DNA of 64,000 nucleotides from Gammaproteobacteria bacterium (GCA_003247835.1 QJYB01000006.1:3183-67182); one strand, 5' to 3'. Counted from the stretch's first letter, positions 21,322 to 31,662 are shown. Made by a program: numbers and translations. The notes: generated by a model not told the origin, from the letters alone.

Positions 21322-22047
21322 TTGATCACCACCGGGACCGTCACTCACATCGAGACCCGACCGCTGTCCTGCGGTCCCGCGGTTCAGATCCTGTCGATCA
21401 CGCTCACAGACCCGTTTCCTTTCGAAGCGGGTCAGTACCTGGAGATAGTGCATCCGGACGGCACGGCGATTCCGCTGTCCATCGCCAGCCCGCCCGAGCG
21501 ACTGCCCACGCTCTCCCTGCACTACCGCTCGACGCCGGATTCAGCGGAGGCATTGCGAATGGATGCCCTGATCTCGGGCCTGATCTCAGGCCCGAGATCA
21601 GGCCTGCTCGGCGCGAAGGCGTCACTGACAATCCGCGGCCCGGCTGGTGATGTCCGGCTCGCTCCGGAAGACGACGCCCCGCTGCTGCTCGTCTGTGGCG
21701 GTACCGGCGTCAGTCAGTCCCTGTGCCTCGCCACGGCGCAACGCCGGCGCCATCCGGAGACCGCGGTCGAGCTTCTCGCCTGCGCCGACCACGCGGCAGA
21801 CTTCTACTTCGAGGATCTGCTGCCGGATGGACTCGCGGCAACGCTGATCGCGGATCCGGAACGGACCGACAGCAACCGGGGGCTGGCCTGGCTTCGCAGT
21901 CGGGTGCCATCCCTCGACGGGCGTACGCGGGTGATCATTTCCGGCTCGCCGCCCTTCGTCTGGGCCGTGACAGACGTGCTCACGGCAGGTGGGCTGCCTC
22001 CCGGGCGACTGTCTTCCGACGTCTACGCCTGGGCTCCGCGCTCCTGA
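21322..22047 (+). CDS. fre: NAD(P)H-flavin reductase (Fre-like ferredoxin-NADP reductase family)
   Basis: FEAGQYLEI, PLSIAS (RxYS-type flavin site) and LLLVCGGTGVSQ NAD(P)-binding motifs are present. It is collinear by eye with E. coli Fre. The start is TTG, 13 nt after rho. Confidence 0.78.
   Translation: MITTGTVTHIETRPLSCGPAVQILSITLTDPFPFEAGQYLEIVHPDGTAIPLSIASPPERLPTLSLHYRSTPDSAEALRMDALISGLISGPRSGLLGAKASLTIRGPAGDVRLAPEDDAPLLLVCGGTGVSQSLCLATAQRRRHPETAVELLACADHAADFYFEDLLPDGLAATLIADPERTDSNRGLAWLRSRVPSLDGRTRVIISGSPPFVWAVTDVLTAGGLPPGRLSSDVYAWAPRS
21565..21606. repeat. Direct and inverted repeat block inside the fre coding sequence
   Basis: CCTGATCTC(G/A)GGC is duplicated in tandem. There are two mutually exclusive perfect hairpins: ATCTCGGGCC-N8-GGCCCGAGAT (21571-21598) and GCCTGATCTC-N6-GAGATCAGGC (21578-21603). 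The block encodes LISGLISGPRSGL. Confidence 0.7.
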
Positions 22048-23240
22048 CGCACCGACCCTTCGGGCATGGGCAGCTCCGGCAGGGCCACCGTCGCCTGGAC
22101 CAGATACTCTCCACCGCGTTCGCTGTCACCGAGCGCCACGCACAGCCGACCGAGCTCGCCGTAGACTTCCGGCGACCGCTGCAGGCGCAGGCTGGTTTCG
22201 AAATACTCCCGGGCCTTGGCCCACTCCCCGTTCATGAGCGAGATCCGCCCCAGTGCCAGCAGCAGGATCGGGTCATTGGGCCGTTCCTTCAGCCACGATT
22301 CCGCGGCAAGCATCTGCCGTTCCGGATTCGAACCGACGATCCGGCCGTACAGCGCCACCAGATCGTCGTTCCAGTCCTGCTGCAGAACACCGCGCACCAG
22401 CACCTCGGCCTCTTCCACCGCACCGCCCGCCACCAGCGCGGATGCGTACGCTGCCACCAGATCCTGCTGGCGTTTGAGCTCCTTCGGTATCCGTTCCCAG
22501 ACGGCAGTCGCGTCTCCGTCCGCCTGCCCGAGACGACCGAGCCAGGCACTGCGCTGCAGCGCGTGGAAGGCCTCGTCATCGTAGATCCGGCGTTTCTTCA
22601 CTTCACCCAGCAGCTCGATGAGCGGCTGCCAGTCCGCCAGCTGCTGATACACCTGGCAGAGCATGACCAGCACCTGGGGGTGTCTCGGTGCGTTCGACTT
22701 GAGCTCGAGCAGCGTCGCGAGACTCTGCTCCCACTGACCGCCATCCATCTGCAGCTCCGCCTGGGTGAGACCCACGGCGAAGCGCGAACCGGGCGTGGAC
22801 TCGTGTGCCCGACGCAGCAGCTCGTCCCGGCCCGCGGAGTCCCCCAACTCGTGCGCCGCGCGGGCCGCAGAGAGGTAGTTGATGAGCGGCGTGCCGACCT
22901 CCTTTGCGGATGCCACCAGAATCTTGCGCGCATCGGCCCACTGGCCTTCCGCCATGAGCAGCAGCCCCTGGACGGTCTGCTGACGGGCCTGGCGCCCCTT
23001 GCGCGTCCTCAGCCAGCTGCCCAGACGCCCGGTGCTCTGACCGGAACGGGCGAGAATCCAGAACACGAGGCGGACGGCGAGGTAAACGAAGGCCAGAGTG
23101 ATCAGCGCAAACCACAGGCTGGTCTCGAGCGCCATGTCGCCGTAGGAAATCAGCACATAGCCCGGATCGCGGACGACCAGCGTGCCGATGAGGCCGCCCA
23201 GAACGACCGCAACAGCGACGAGCAGCAGGCCGAGCTTCAC
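22023..23240 (-). CDS. hemY: Heme biosynthesis-associated TPR membrane protein HemY
   Basis: The N-terminal TM pair is MKLGLLLVAVAVVLGGLIGTLVVRDPGYVLISYGDMALETSLWFALI. TPR-like repeats follow. The hemCDXY order is conserved. Confidence 0.88.
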   Translation of the reverse strand: MKLGLLLVAVAVVLGGLIGTLVVRDPGYVLISYGDMALETSLWFALITLAFVYLAVRLVFWILARSGQSTGRLGSWLRTRKGRQARQQTVQGLLLMAEGQWADARKILVASAKEVGTPLINYLSAARAAHELGDSAGRDELLRRAHESTPGSRFAVGLTQAELQMDGGQWEQSLATLLELKSNAPRHPQVLVMLCQVYQQLADWQPLIELLGEVKKRRIYDDEAFHALQRSAWLGRLGQADGDATAVWERIPKELKRQQDLVAAYASALVAGGAVEEAEVLVRGVLQQDWNDDLVALYGRIVGSNPERQMLAAESWLKERPNDPILLLALGRISLMNGEWAKAREYFETSLRLQRSPEVYGELGRLCVALGDSERGGEYLVQATVALPELPMPEGSVRQERGAQA

Positions 23241-24379
23241 GCTTCCTCCACCGCCTCGAGCGCGTTCAGAGATCCTGATATGTCCGGCAGCGGCTCGTCG
23301 AGCACCACGCCGGAAAGCGAGTCCAGCTCTCCGAGAATCCGGGAGATGGCGGGATCATCCCTGTCCAGGTAAGTCGCAATCCAGTTCGCCGCGGTCTGCA
23401 GACTCTGCTGGTAGACGACGGTCTCACGCTTGAGCGCCGCAAGCTGCGCCTGCTCGAGCATCAGCCTGAGGTTGAGCTCCAGATAGGTCGCCTCTTCCGG
23501 CGCCAGCAGCGGACGAATCCCTGCACCTTCGAAGCGGCGGAAGCGCAGGTAGCGACCGATCTGATCGAGCAGTGCGGCCCAGAATCCGGGTTCCTCCGGC
23601 ATGCTCGCCGGTTTCTTCTCGAACCGCGGCAGTTTGACGTGCTGATTGCCGATCTCGGTCTTGATCGCCTCGATACGCAGAAACAGACCCTGAATATCAC
23701 CGGTTTTCACGTGCTCCAGCGCCTGAATCTCTTCGGCGAGCTGTGCGCGGACCTGATAGAGCGCGAAATCGTCCAGCTTCTCGAGAATGGCATCGGCCGC
23801 CTTGAGCAGCACGAGCGCACCTTTCACGTCCCGCTCCATGAGCACGCGGTGGTTGGCGATCCGCAGCAGATAGGCGACCTCGGCGATCTCCCATTCGCGC
23901 TGCGAGGGAGGCGCCTGGGCGCTGAGCTTGTTGACGGACTCGAGGATCTGGTCGGTCAGTGCCTCGCGCGCGCGGCGTTCCCTGTCGGCCAGGTCCTCCC
24001 GCGCACGAGCCTCGGCACGCTCAAAGTCGTCCAGCGCGCTGGCGGTGCCGGCGACGCGGCCTTCGAGACCATCGATCCGCCCTTCGAGATCCGCCTCCGG
24101 ATGCAGGTAGACGAGCAGGTAATAGAGGTAACCGGCAGCGCCGAGCCCGGCGAGACCTGTCAGGAAGCCGAGGAAGCCGAGAAACCTGCCCCTCGGCTTG
24201 ACCGGGCGTCCGCCATCGGACTTCTCTGGCATCGCCACCTCCAGCTCCGCAGCTGCAGGCTCATCCGCAGCTGCCTCGCTGTCGGCTCGCGCCGCGTTGC
24301 CCGTACGCCGACGCACCAGTGCCGGCTGCTCCAGCGGATCGAATGGCTTCTCCTCCGGTTGATCCCCGTCTTTCGGCAT
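23237..24379 (-). CDS. hemX: HemX (uroporphyrinogen-III C-methyltransferase-annotated membrane protein family)
   Basis: The gene lies between hemD and hemY. It has a charged N-terminus, a single TM segment (FLGFLGFLTGLAGLGAAGYLYYLLV) and a coiled C-terminal domain. Confidence 0.8.
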   Translation of the reverse strand: MPKDGDQPEEKPFDPLEQPALVRRRTGNAARADSEAAADEPAAAELEVAMPEKSDGGRPVKPRGRFLGFLGFLTGLAGLGAAGYLYYLLVYLHPEADLEGRIDGLEGRVAGTASALDDFERAEARAREDLADRERRAREALTDQILESVNKLSAQAPPSQREWEIAEVAYLLRIANHRVLMERDVKGALVLLKAADAILEKLDDFALYQVRAQLAEEIQALEHVKTGDIQGLFLRIEAIKTEIGNQHVKLPRFEKKPASMPEEPGFWAALLDQIGRYLRFRRFEGAGIRPLLAPEEATYLELNLRLMLEQAQLAALKRETVVYQQSLQTAANWIATYLDRDDPAISRILGELDSLSGVVLDEPLPDISGSLNALEAVEEA

Positions 24380-24382
24380 CTT

Positions 24383-25063
24383 CTAAGTGCCCCTCCGTCG
24401 TTCCAGGGCCTGTATCCAGTCTTCGTCCGCCGGTCCACCGGCCGTTTCCACATCCGGAAATCCCAGCGCCGCGCCGAGCCCGGCAATCCGCGCTGAAGCC
24501 GCGATCACACGCACGGCGCCGCCGCCGCTGTCGAACCATAACCGTGCGAATGCCCTGAATCCATCCTGGCTGGCGACCAGCACCGCATCGACGCCAGCCG
24601 GATCCACAGACGCTGCCCCGACCGGTCGGCGTCGGTATGAGAGAAACTCCGACACCCGTGCGCCGCGCGCAATCAGTGCATCCCGAAGGGTCTTGCGGCC
24701 ATCCTCGCCGGCGACGACGAGCACGGCAGCGCCGGCCAGGCGCTCACCAGCAAAGGCATCGATCAGCCCTTCGCTCGAGACGGCGCCCGGAACACTGGCA
24801 GTCACACCCCGATCGGCCAGCGCACGGGCAGTCGCCGCACCCACGGCCAGAACCCGCGCACCGGCACAGTAATGCAGATCGCCACCGTGCCGGACAGCAT
24901 GCTCGGACAGAAAGACGACGTGCCGGAAGGTGCCTGCTGGCGGCTGCACCCCCGTCGGCTCGATGCTGAGCACCGGGACGACACGCACGTCGTAACCGGC
25001 ATGCCGGAGCGCTTCGGCCTGGCGGCTCGCACCGGGTTCGCTGCGGGTGATCCAGACGCGCAC
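24383..25063 (-). CDS. hemD: Uroporphyrinogen-III synthase
   Basis: The gene follows hemC. The start is taken at GTG 25063 (VRVWITRSEPGA...), 1 nt after the hemC stop. The ORF-track start at 25150 would overlap hemC by 86 nt. Confidence 0.82.
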   Translation of the reverse strand: MRVWITRSEPGASRQAEALRHAGYDVRVVPVLSIEPTGVQPPAGTFRHVVFLSEHAVRHGGDLHYCAGARVLAVGAATARALADRGVTASVPGAVSSEGLIDAFAGERLAGAAVLVVAGEDGRKTLRDALIARGARVSEFLSYRRRPVGAASVDPAGVDAVLVASQDGFRAFARLWFDSGGGAVRVIAASARIAGLGAALGFPDVETAGGPADEDWIQALERRRGT

Positions 25064-25064
25064 C

Positions 25065-25982
25065 TCAATCCCCGGTGATGGCCGCGAGCAGCTCGCGTGC
25101 GCCCTGATCGAGCAGCCCCGCGGCCACGGTACGTCCCAGGGATTCGGCATCCGTGCCTTCCGCCTCTGCCGCCAGCACCCGGGTCCCGTCCGGTGTCGCC
25201 AGCCGCGCCCTGAGGTGCATGCCGTCTGCCGTCACCACCGCGTGCGCACCGAGGGGTGCTGAGCAGTCCGCGCCGATACCCGCGCTGACCGCCCGTTCCG
25301 CGACCACGCAACCCGCCACGGCGGGATCTTCGAGGGACGACAGCAGCGCCACCAGTTCCGCATCATCGGTTCTGCATTCCACGCCCAGTGCACCCTGACC
25401 CGCGGCAGGCAGAGATACCGTCACCGGCAGCCGTTCCGTGATCCGCTCGTGCAGACCGAGCCGCTCCAGACCGGCCACGGCGAGCACCAGCGCGTCGTAC
25501 TCACCCGCATCCAGCTTGTCGAGCCGGGTACCCACATTGCCGCGCACGGGCCTGACCACGAGGTCGGGCCTGCGGGCGAGCAGCATGGCCTGGCGGCGCA
25601 GGCTGGAGGAGCCGACCACGGCACCTGCCGGCAGCTCTGCCAGGGTTGCGCCGCTCGACGTCACCAGCGCATCGCGGACGTCCGCCCGGTAGCCGATCAG
25701 CCCCAGCGTAAACCCTCCGGGCAGGCGGGCAGGCACGTCCTTCATGGAGTGCACGGCCGCATCGGCGCGCCCGTCGAGCATCGCCTCCTCCAGCTCTTTG
25801 ATGAACAGCCCCTTGCCGCCCACCTCCGACAGAGGTGAGCTGAGCCACTTGTCACCACGGGTGCTCATGCCGAGCAGCACCACGTCGAGCTCCGGCCGCG
25901 CACGGGCGAGCTCGCCCTGGATGAACTCGGCCTGCCACAGGGCAAGGCGGCTTTCCCGTGTGGCGATGACGACGCGTTTCAC
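25065..25982 (-). CDS. hemC: Hydroxymethylbilane synthase (porphobilinogen deaminase)
   Basis: IATRESRLALWQAEF, GDK, GGKGLFIKELE and SSLRR blocks are present. Confidence 0.95.
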   Translation of the reverse strand: MKRVVIATRESRLALWQAEFIQGELARARPELDVVLLGMSTRGDKWLSSPLSEVGGKGLFIKELEEAMLDGRADAAVHSMKDVPARLPGGFTLGLIGYRADVRDALVTSSGATLAELPAGAVVGSSSLRRQAMLLARRPDLVVRPVRGNVGTRLDKLDAGEYDALVLAVAGLERLGLHERITERLPVTVSLPAAGQGALGVECRTDDAELVALLSSLEDPAVAGCVVAERAVSAGIGADCSAPLGAHAVVTADGMHLRARLATPDGTRVLAAEAEGTDAESLGRTVAAGLLDQGARELLAAITGD

Positions 25983-26009
25983 CAGTCCGTTTCCTGCCTG
26001 CGTGCCGTA

Positions 26010-26738
26010 TCAGAGATTCTTGACAACCTTGCGAACGGCCGCCACGTGACGCCGGCTGATATCCACCGTTTCCTCGATGTCCTTCAGGCGGATCTGGTAC
26101 TGACCATCCGGCAGCCGGTTGAGACCGATGATGTATCGGGGCGCTACCAGCGCGTTGCGGTGAACACGCACGAAACGATCGCCAAACTCCTCCTCCAGCT
26201 CCTTCAGCGTCTCATCGATGATCACCTCGCCTTCGCGGTGCCGAACCGTGACGTACTTCTGGTCGGCCTGAAAGTAGCGGACGTCTTCCACCGGTATGAG
26301 CTCGATGCCGCGGCGCGTCCGGGCGGAGATGTGGGTCCGGCGCGGCGGCTGTTCGTCCGCCAGTGCCGCGAGCTGTGCCTTGTTGATCCGCTGCGCCTTA
26401 CCCAGAGCCGTTTCCAGGTTTTCCCTGCGGACCGGTTTGAGCAGGTAGCCCACGGCCTGCAGATCGAACGCCTCCACGGCGTGCTCCTCGTAGGCAGTGC
26501 AGAAGATCACCGCCGGTGGCTCGTCCAGATCGGCGAAGTGCCTGGCGGCCTCCAGGCCATCCATGCCAGGCATGCGGATGTCCATGAGCACCACCTCCGG
26601 CTGCATAGTGGACGCCACCTTCACCGCCTCGATACCGTTGGCCGCCTCGCCGACCACCTCGTGTTCCGCAAGGGAGCCGATCATTCTGGAGAGCCGGTCC
26701 CGTGCCAGCTGCTCGTCGTCAACGATCAGAATCTTCAT
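26010..26738 (-). CDS. algR: LytTR-family response regulator (AlgR-like)
   Basis: The start is at MKILIVDDEQLARDRL (receiver domain). The C-terminal LytTR domain is present (YFQADQKYVTVRHREGEVIIDETLKELE...RVHRNALV). The algZ-algR-hemC synteny matches Pseudomonas. Confidence 0.88.
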   Translation of the reverse strand: MKILIVDDEQLARDRLSRMIGSLAEHEVVGEAANGIEAVKVASTMQPEVVLMDIRMPGMDGLEAARHFADLDEPPAVIFCTAYEEHAVEAFDLQAVGYLLKPVRRENLETALGKAQRINKAQLAALADEQPPRRTHISARTRRGIELIPVEDVRYFQADQKYVTVRHREGEVIIDETLKELEEEFGDRFVRVHRNALVAPRYIIGLNRLPDGQYQIRLKDIEETVDISRRHVAAVRKVVKNL

Positions 26739-26739
26739 G

Positions 26740-27819
26740 TCACCCTCCGGAACCACTCCCGCCTGCGGCCGTCCCGTCGAGGGCAAGGGGATAGCGCAGC
26801 GCGGTCACGTATCTGCCGTCAGCCTGCGACGTGGTCAGGTCCGCCCGACCGCCGTAAAGCACGGCCAGCCGGCTGCGGATGTTGTTCAACGCCATCTTGT
26901 TGCCCTGGCTGTGCGAGCGCAACGATTCCGCCGGCAGCGGATTGTCGATCTCCACGTTCACCGAGTCGTCGGCGAACCACAGCCTGACGTAGATGGTGCC
27001 ACCTTCCGGCAGTGGCTGAATGCCGTGGTAGATGGCGTTCTCCAGCAGCGGCTGCAGCGTCAGCAGCGGGATCTTCACGGACCTGGTCGGCGCCTCGATC
27101 TGCCACTCGATGTTGAGCCGTTCTCCCAGGCGCAACGCCTCGATACGCACATAACGCTCGCAGAGATCGAGCTCGTCCGCCAGCGCCACCTGGTTGCCCG
27201 CGTCGTTGAGACTTGCACGGAAGAGCTCCGAGAGATCCTCCACCACCGTCTCCGCCGTGTCCGGGTCCGTCGCGATGAGGCTTGCAATGATGTTCATGCT
27301 GTTGAACAGAAAGTGCGGACGGATGCGTGACTGCAGGGCCTGGATTCGGGATTCGAGCTCTGACTGCTCCTGGGCGCGCAGCTGCTGCTGGACATAGAAG
27401 TAGCGGAGCACCAGCACGCTGATGATGCCGGCAATGACCAGCTGACCCAGGAGCCGGGAAACGTCCACCTGGGTCGGCTTGCCCCCGGACAGAACCCAGC
27501 CGGAGATCAGCCCGACGATCAGCGTCACACTCATGACGATTCCGAAAGCCGTCAGTGACCCGGCGACGAGGGGCAGACGCGCCAGCCAGCCGCGCAGCAC
27601 GCAGATGAGCCCGGCGCTGGTGAGCGCCACCCACTGCACGAACAGGGACATGAGCGCGAGGCGCATCCAGCTCACCTCGCCACCGGCAAACAGCAGGACC
27701 AGCACCAGCAGCTCGCCGAACAGGATGAGCAGGGAAATGGCGCCCGCGTTGCAGAGCTCGGGCACGGTGAACGCTCGGGCGTCGGTCAGCGACCGGGTTT
27801 GATTGCTATAATCGGCCAC
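26740..27819 (-). CDS. algZ: LytS/AlgZ(FimS)-type sensor histidine kinase
   Basis: The N-terminus is multi-TM. The His_kinase motif [18 protein letters not shown] and an HATPase-like C-terminus ([15 protein letters not shown]) are present. The start is GTG, and the stop is 1 nt before the algR start. Confidence 0.85.
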   Translation of the reverse strand: MADYSNQTRSLTDARAFTVPELCNAGAISLLILFGELLVLVLLFAGGEVSWMRLALMSLFVQWVALTSAGLICVLRGWLARLPLVAGSLTAFGIVMSVTLIVGLISGWVLSGGKPTQVDVSRLLGQLVIAGIISVLVLRYFYVQQQLRAQEQSELESRIQALQSRIRPHFLFNSMNIIASLIATDPDTAETVVEDLSELFRASLNDAGNQVALADELDLCERYVRIEALRLGERLNIEWQIEAPTRSVKIPLLTLQPLLENAIYHGIQPLPEGGTIYVRLWFADDSVNVEIDNPLPAESLRSHSQGNKMALNNIRSRLAVLYGGRADLTTSQADGRYVTALRYPLALDGTAAGGSGSGG

Positions 27820-27884
27820 TATCAGTCCGAACCAACCACCGAAACAGGTACGCCCCCGCGGGCACCACAGTCACCGAGCAATCC

Positions 27885-29273
27885 ATGAGTCAGGATCACA
27901 AGCCCTGGGGTGGACGCTTCACCGAGGCCACCGATGCCTTCGTGGAGACTTTCACCGCCTCCGTCGGGTTCGACAGGCGTCTCTATCACTACGATATTCG
28001 AGGCTCCATCGCCCACGCGAACATGCTGGGCGCCGCGGGCATCATCAGCGTGCAGGAACGTGACCGCATCGTAGCCGGATTGCGGGAGATCCACAAAGAG
28101 ATCGAAGAAGGCCGCTTCGAGTGGCGCATCGCCCTCGAGGACGTGCACATGAACATCGAGAGCCGTCTGGTCGAGCTGATCGGCGACACCGGCAAGAAGC
28201 TCCACACCGGCAGGTCGCGCAACGACCAGGTGGCAACGGACATCCGGCTGTACGTTCGCGAAGAGGTGGACGCCCTCCTCGCCAGCAGTAGGACGCTCAT
28301 GAGCGCCCTGCTCGATCAGGCGGAACGCTATGCCGACACCATCATGCCGGGCTTCACGCATCTGCAGACAGCTCAGCCCATCACCTTCGGTCATCACCTG
28401 ATGGCCTGGTTCGAGATGCTCCGGCGCGATACCGAACGGCTCGAGGACTGCCGCCGAAGGATCAACGTGCTGCCGCTGGGCGCAGCGGCACTGGCCGGTA
28501 CGACGTTCCCTATCGACCGGGAACTGGTTGCCGACGAGCTCGGCTTCAGCCGGCCCTCCGACAACTCCCTGGACTCGGTGAGCGACCGGGACTTCGTGAT
28601 CGAGTTCTGTGCCGTGGCGAGCATCATGATGATGCACTTCTCGCGCTGGTCCGAGGAACTCGTTCTGTGGATGTCCGAGCCCTTCTCGTTCGTGGACCTG
28701 CCGGACCGCTTCTGTACCGGCTCGTCGATCATGCCGCAGAAGAAGAATCCCGACGTGCCAGAGCTGATCCGCGGCAAGACCGGCAGGGTCTTCGGCCACC
28801 TGATGAGCACGCTGACCCTGATGAAGGGCCAGCCACTCGCCTACAACAAGGACAACCAGGAGGACAAGGAGCCTCTGTTCGATGCCGTCGACACCCTGAA
28901 CGACGTGCTGACCGCGCTGATCGGCCTGGTGCCCGCCATCGAGGCAAAGCCGGAGCGTATGCGGCAGGCGGCAGGTGGCGGGTTCGCCACCGCCACGGAC
29001 CTGGCGGACTATCTGGTGCGTACGGGAGTGCCGTTTCGCGACGCCCACGATATCGTCGGCCGCACCGTTTCCTATGCGCTGCAGCAGCAGAAGACGCTCG
29101 ACGCGCTGAGCCTCACCGAGCTCCGGCAGTTCCATCAGGGGATCGGCGAGGATGTTTTCGACGTACTCAGCCTGGAGGGATCCGTGGCCGCCCGTGCACA
29201 CGTGGGTGGAACCGCACCCGCTCAGGTCCGTGCGGCCGTCGCCCGTGGCCGTACCCTGCTGGCGCCGGACTGA
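27885..29273 (+). CDS. argH: Argininosuccinate lyase
   Basis: WGGRF, the [12 protein letters not shown] signature and the TGRSRNDQV block are present. The product is 462 aa. Confidence 0.96.
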   Translation: MSQDHKPWGGRFTEATDAFVETFTASVGFDRRLYHYDIRGSIAHANMLGAAGIISVQERDRIVAGLREIHKEIEEGRFEWRIALEDVHMNIESRLVELIGDTGKKLHTGRSRNDQVATDIRLYVREEVDALLASSRTLMSALLDQAERYADTIMPGFTHLQTAQPITFGHHLMAWFEMLRRDTERLEDCRRRINVLPLGAAALAGTTFPIDRELVADELGFSRPSDNSLDSVSDRDFVIEFCAVASIMMMHFSRWSEELVLWMSEPFSFVDLPDRFCTGSSIMPQKKNPDVPELIRGKTGRVFGHLMSTLTLMKGQPLAYNKDNQEDKEPLFDAVDTLNDVLTALIGLVPAIEAKPERMRQAAGGGFATATDLADYLVRTGVPFRDAHDIVGRTVSYALQQQKTLDALSLTELRQFHQGIGEDVFDVLSLEGSVAARAHVGGTAPAQVRAAVARGRTLLAPD

Positions 29274-29319
29274 TCCCGCTGCGTACCCGGATCCTGAGCT
29301 ATACTCGGCCGTTTAATGA

Positions 29320-29484
29320 ATGGATAGCGTTGTGCGCTGGACGATTCTCTGCCTGCTCGCCACGCTGGTTGCCACCTGCGGCCAGAAGGGGCCGCTCTAC
29401 CTGCCTGACGAACCGGCGAAGTTTGCCGCCCCGACCGGCAGGTCGATCCCGGGAACGGAAAGCCAGACGCAGGCACGGCGGTAG
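29320..29484 (+). CDS. lptM: Small lipoprotein LptM/YifL (LppL-like), 54 aa
   Basis: Hand translation gives MDSVVRWTILCLLATLVATCGQKGPLYLPDEPAKFAAPTGRSIPGTESQTQARR*. The lipobox LVATC and the CGQKGPLYLP signature are present, immediately upstream of lysA-dapF. It is below the 60-aa ORF-track cutoff. Confidence 0.8.
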   Translation: MDSVVRWTILCLLATLVATCGQKGPLYLPDEPAKFAAPTGRSIPGTESQTQARR

Positions 29485-29512
29485 CCCGAACGGCACCAAC
29501 GCGTTCTGACCC

Positions 29513-30805
29513 ATGAGTGTCTTTCAACGCCACGCCGGCCAGCACGGCGAGGTTCTGAACGTCGAATCCGTCGCCGTACCGGACATCGTCCGAGCGGTGG
29601 GTACGCCGGTGTATGTCTATTCGAAGCGACACTTCGAGCACCAGTACGCGGCGGTGTCGAATGCCATCGCCGGCTGCGGCACAGACACCCGCATCTGCTA
29701 CGCCGTCAAGGCCAACTCCAATCTTTCCGTGCTCAGGGTGTTCGCCGATCTCGGCGCCGGATTCGACATCGTCTCCGGTGGCGAGCTTGCCAGGGTCATG
29801 GCCGCCGGAGGCGATCCCGCCAGGGTGGTTTTCTCCGGTGTCGGCAAGACGACCGAAGAGCTGGATCTCGCACTGAAGCTCGGCATCGACTGCTTCAACG
29901 TCGAGAGCGTCGCGGAGCTCGATCGTCTCGCCACCCGGGCGGAGCTGCTCTCCCGGCCGGCGCGGATCGCCATCCGCGTCAATCCGGACGTCGATGCCGC
30001 CACTCACCCCTACATCTCCACGGGCCTCAAGGAGAACAAGTTCGGTGTGCCGGCGGCCACCGCCATCGACCTGTACCGGAAGGCGGCCAGCCATCCGGCA
30101 CTCGTACCCGCGGGCATCGCGTGCCACATCGGCTCCCAGATCAGCCGGCCGGATCCCATGATCGAGGCGCTGAACAAGCTGCTGGACCTGGTGGACGCGC
30201 TGGCCGACGAGGGCATCGAGCTCACCCACCTCGATCTTGGCGGTGGCTACGGCGTACGTTACCGGGAGGAAGCCGAGTTCGACATCGGAGCCTACGGCGC
30301 TCGCGTTCGCGCCGCGTTGCAGGGCCGTCAGCTGTCACTCTCGGTGGAGCCCGGTCGGTTTCTGGTGGCAAACGGTGGCCTGCTCGTGACCCGGGTGGAG
30401 TACCTGAAGCCCGCCGCGGAAACCGCCGGCAGGCAGTTCGTGGTGGTGGATGCGGCCATGAACGACCTGATACGCCCCGCGCTCTATCGGGCCTGGCACG
30501 GGGTGGAAGGCGTCGGCGTTCCGGGCGACGGAGCCATCGACGGCATCTGGGACGTGGTCGGTCCCGTATGCGAGAGCGGCGACTTCCTGGCCAGGGAGCG
30601 ACGCCTCACCGTGGCGGCGGGCGACCTGCTGGCCGTCACCTCGGCGGGCGCCTACGGCATGGCGCAGAGCTCGAACTACAACACCCGTCCGCGACCCGCC
30701 GAGGTGCTCGTGGACGGAGACACGTTCCGTGTGATCCGGCGTCGGGAGACACCCGAGGATCTCTACCGGCACGAGTTGGCAGCCGCCCCGGGGGGACCGC
30801 GATGA
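29513..30805 (+). CDS. lysA: Diaminopimelate decarboxylase
   Basis: YAVKANSN (PLP lysine), GGGYG and CESGD motifs are present. The product is 430 aa. Confidence 0.94.
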   Translation: MSVFQRHAGQHGEVLNVESVAVPDIVRAVGTPVYVYSKRHFEHQYAAVSNAIAGCGTDTRICYAVKANSNLSVLRVFADLGAGFDIVSGGELARVMAAGGDPARVVFSGVGKTTEELDLALKLGIDCFNVESVAELDRLATRAELLSRPARIAIRVNPDVDAATHPYISTGLKENKFGVPAATAIDLYRKAASHPALVPAGIACHIGSQISRPDPMIEALNKLLDLVDALADEGIELTHLDLGGGYGVRYREEAEFDIGAYGARVRAALQGRQLSLSVEPGRFLVANGGLLVTRVEYLKPAAETAGRQFVVVDAAMNDLIRPALYRAWHGVEGVGVPGDGAIDGIWDVVGPVCESGDFLARERRLTVAAGDLLAVTSAGAYGMAQSSNYNTRPRPAEVLVDGDTFRVIRRRETPEDLYRHELAAAPGGPR

Positions 30806-31662
30806 AGCTGCCATTCGCCAAGATGCACGGGCTCGGCAACGATTTCATGGTGCTGGACCTGGTCACTCAGACATTCATGCCCGGTGCTGGTCAGATCGCC
30901 CGCTGGGCCGATCGCCACACCGGTGTGGGCTTCGATCAGCTGCTCATCGTCGCGCCACCGGAGGATCCGGACGTGGACTTCCGCTACCGGATTTTCAACG
31001 CGGACGGCTCGGAAGCGGAGCAGTGCGGCAACGGGGCCCGCTGCATCGCCCGCTTCATCGCCCACATGGGGCTGTCGGTGAAACCTGACGTCAGGTTCCA
31101 GACGAACAACGGCAGAATCGAGACGCGTCTGTTGCCCGATGGACAGGTGGAGGTGGACATGGGCGTGCCGCGGCTCGCCCCGGACGACATCCCCTGCGAC
31201 GTGTCCAGAGCCGATGCGGCGATCTCGCTGGGCGCGGTAACGCGCTACCGGCTGACGGACCCCGCCGGGGAGACCCATGAGCTGATCCCCGTCTCCATGG
31301 GGAATCCGCACGGCGTCATCCTGGTCGATGACATCACGACCGCGCCGGTGGCCGAGGTGGGCGCCCGACTGACGAGTCACCCTTTCTTTCCGGAGCGGGC
31401 CAACATCGGCTTCTGCCAGGTCGTGGATGCCGGGTTCGCGCGACTCCGCGTCTTCGAGCGGGGCGTGGGCGAGACACGGGCCTGTGGCACCGGTGCCTGT
31501 GCTGCGGTGGTGGCAGGCCGCCTCGCCGGTCTGCTGGATGAACGGGTGAAGGTTTCGCTCACCGGCGGCAAGGCGCGGATCAGCTGGCAGGGTCCGGACG
31601 CACCGGTGTTCATGACGGGACCCGGCACGCTGGTCTACGAGGGTGAGATCACCACCGACTGA
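30802..31662 (+). CDS. dapF: Diaminopimelate epimerase
   Basis: The start is at MKLPFAKMHGLGNDFMVLD (the ATG overlaps the lysA TGA). The catalytic Cys contexts EQCGNGARC and ACGTGACA are present. Confidence 0.94.
   Translation: MKLPFAKMHGLGNDFMVLDLVTQTFMPGAGQIARWADRHTGVGFDQLLIVAPPEDPDVDFRYRIFNADGSEAEQCGNGARCIARFIAHMGLSVKPDVRFQTNNGRIETRLLPDGQVEVDMGVPRLAPDDIPCDVSRADAAISLGAVTRYRLTDPAGETHELIPVSMGNPHGVILVDDITTAPVAEVGARLTSHPFFPERANIGFCQVVDAGFARLRVFERGVGETRACGTGACAAVVAGRLAGLLDERVKVSLTGGKARISWQGPDAPVFMTGPGTLVYEGEITTD

Noticed and set aside
21723-23372. 549-aa plus-strand ORF overlapping the fre 3' end and all of hemY
   Set aside because: It is out of frame with fre and antisense to hemY, which has the expected TM pair, TPR architecture and hemCDXY synteny.
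28667-29509. 280-aa plus ORF spanning the argH 3' end and the argH-lysA gap
   Set aside because: It is out of frame with argH and Arg/Pro-rich. The gap is better explained by the 54-aa LptM-like lipoprotein gene.
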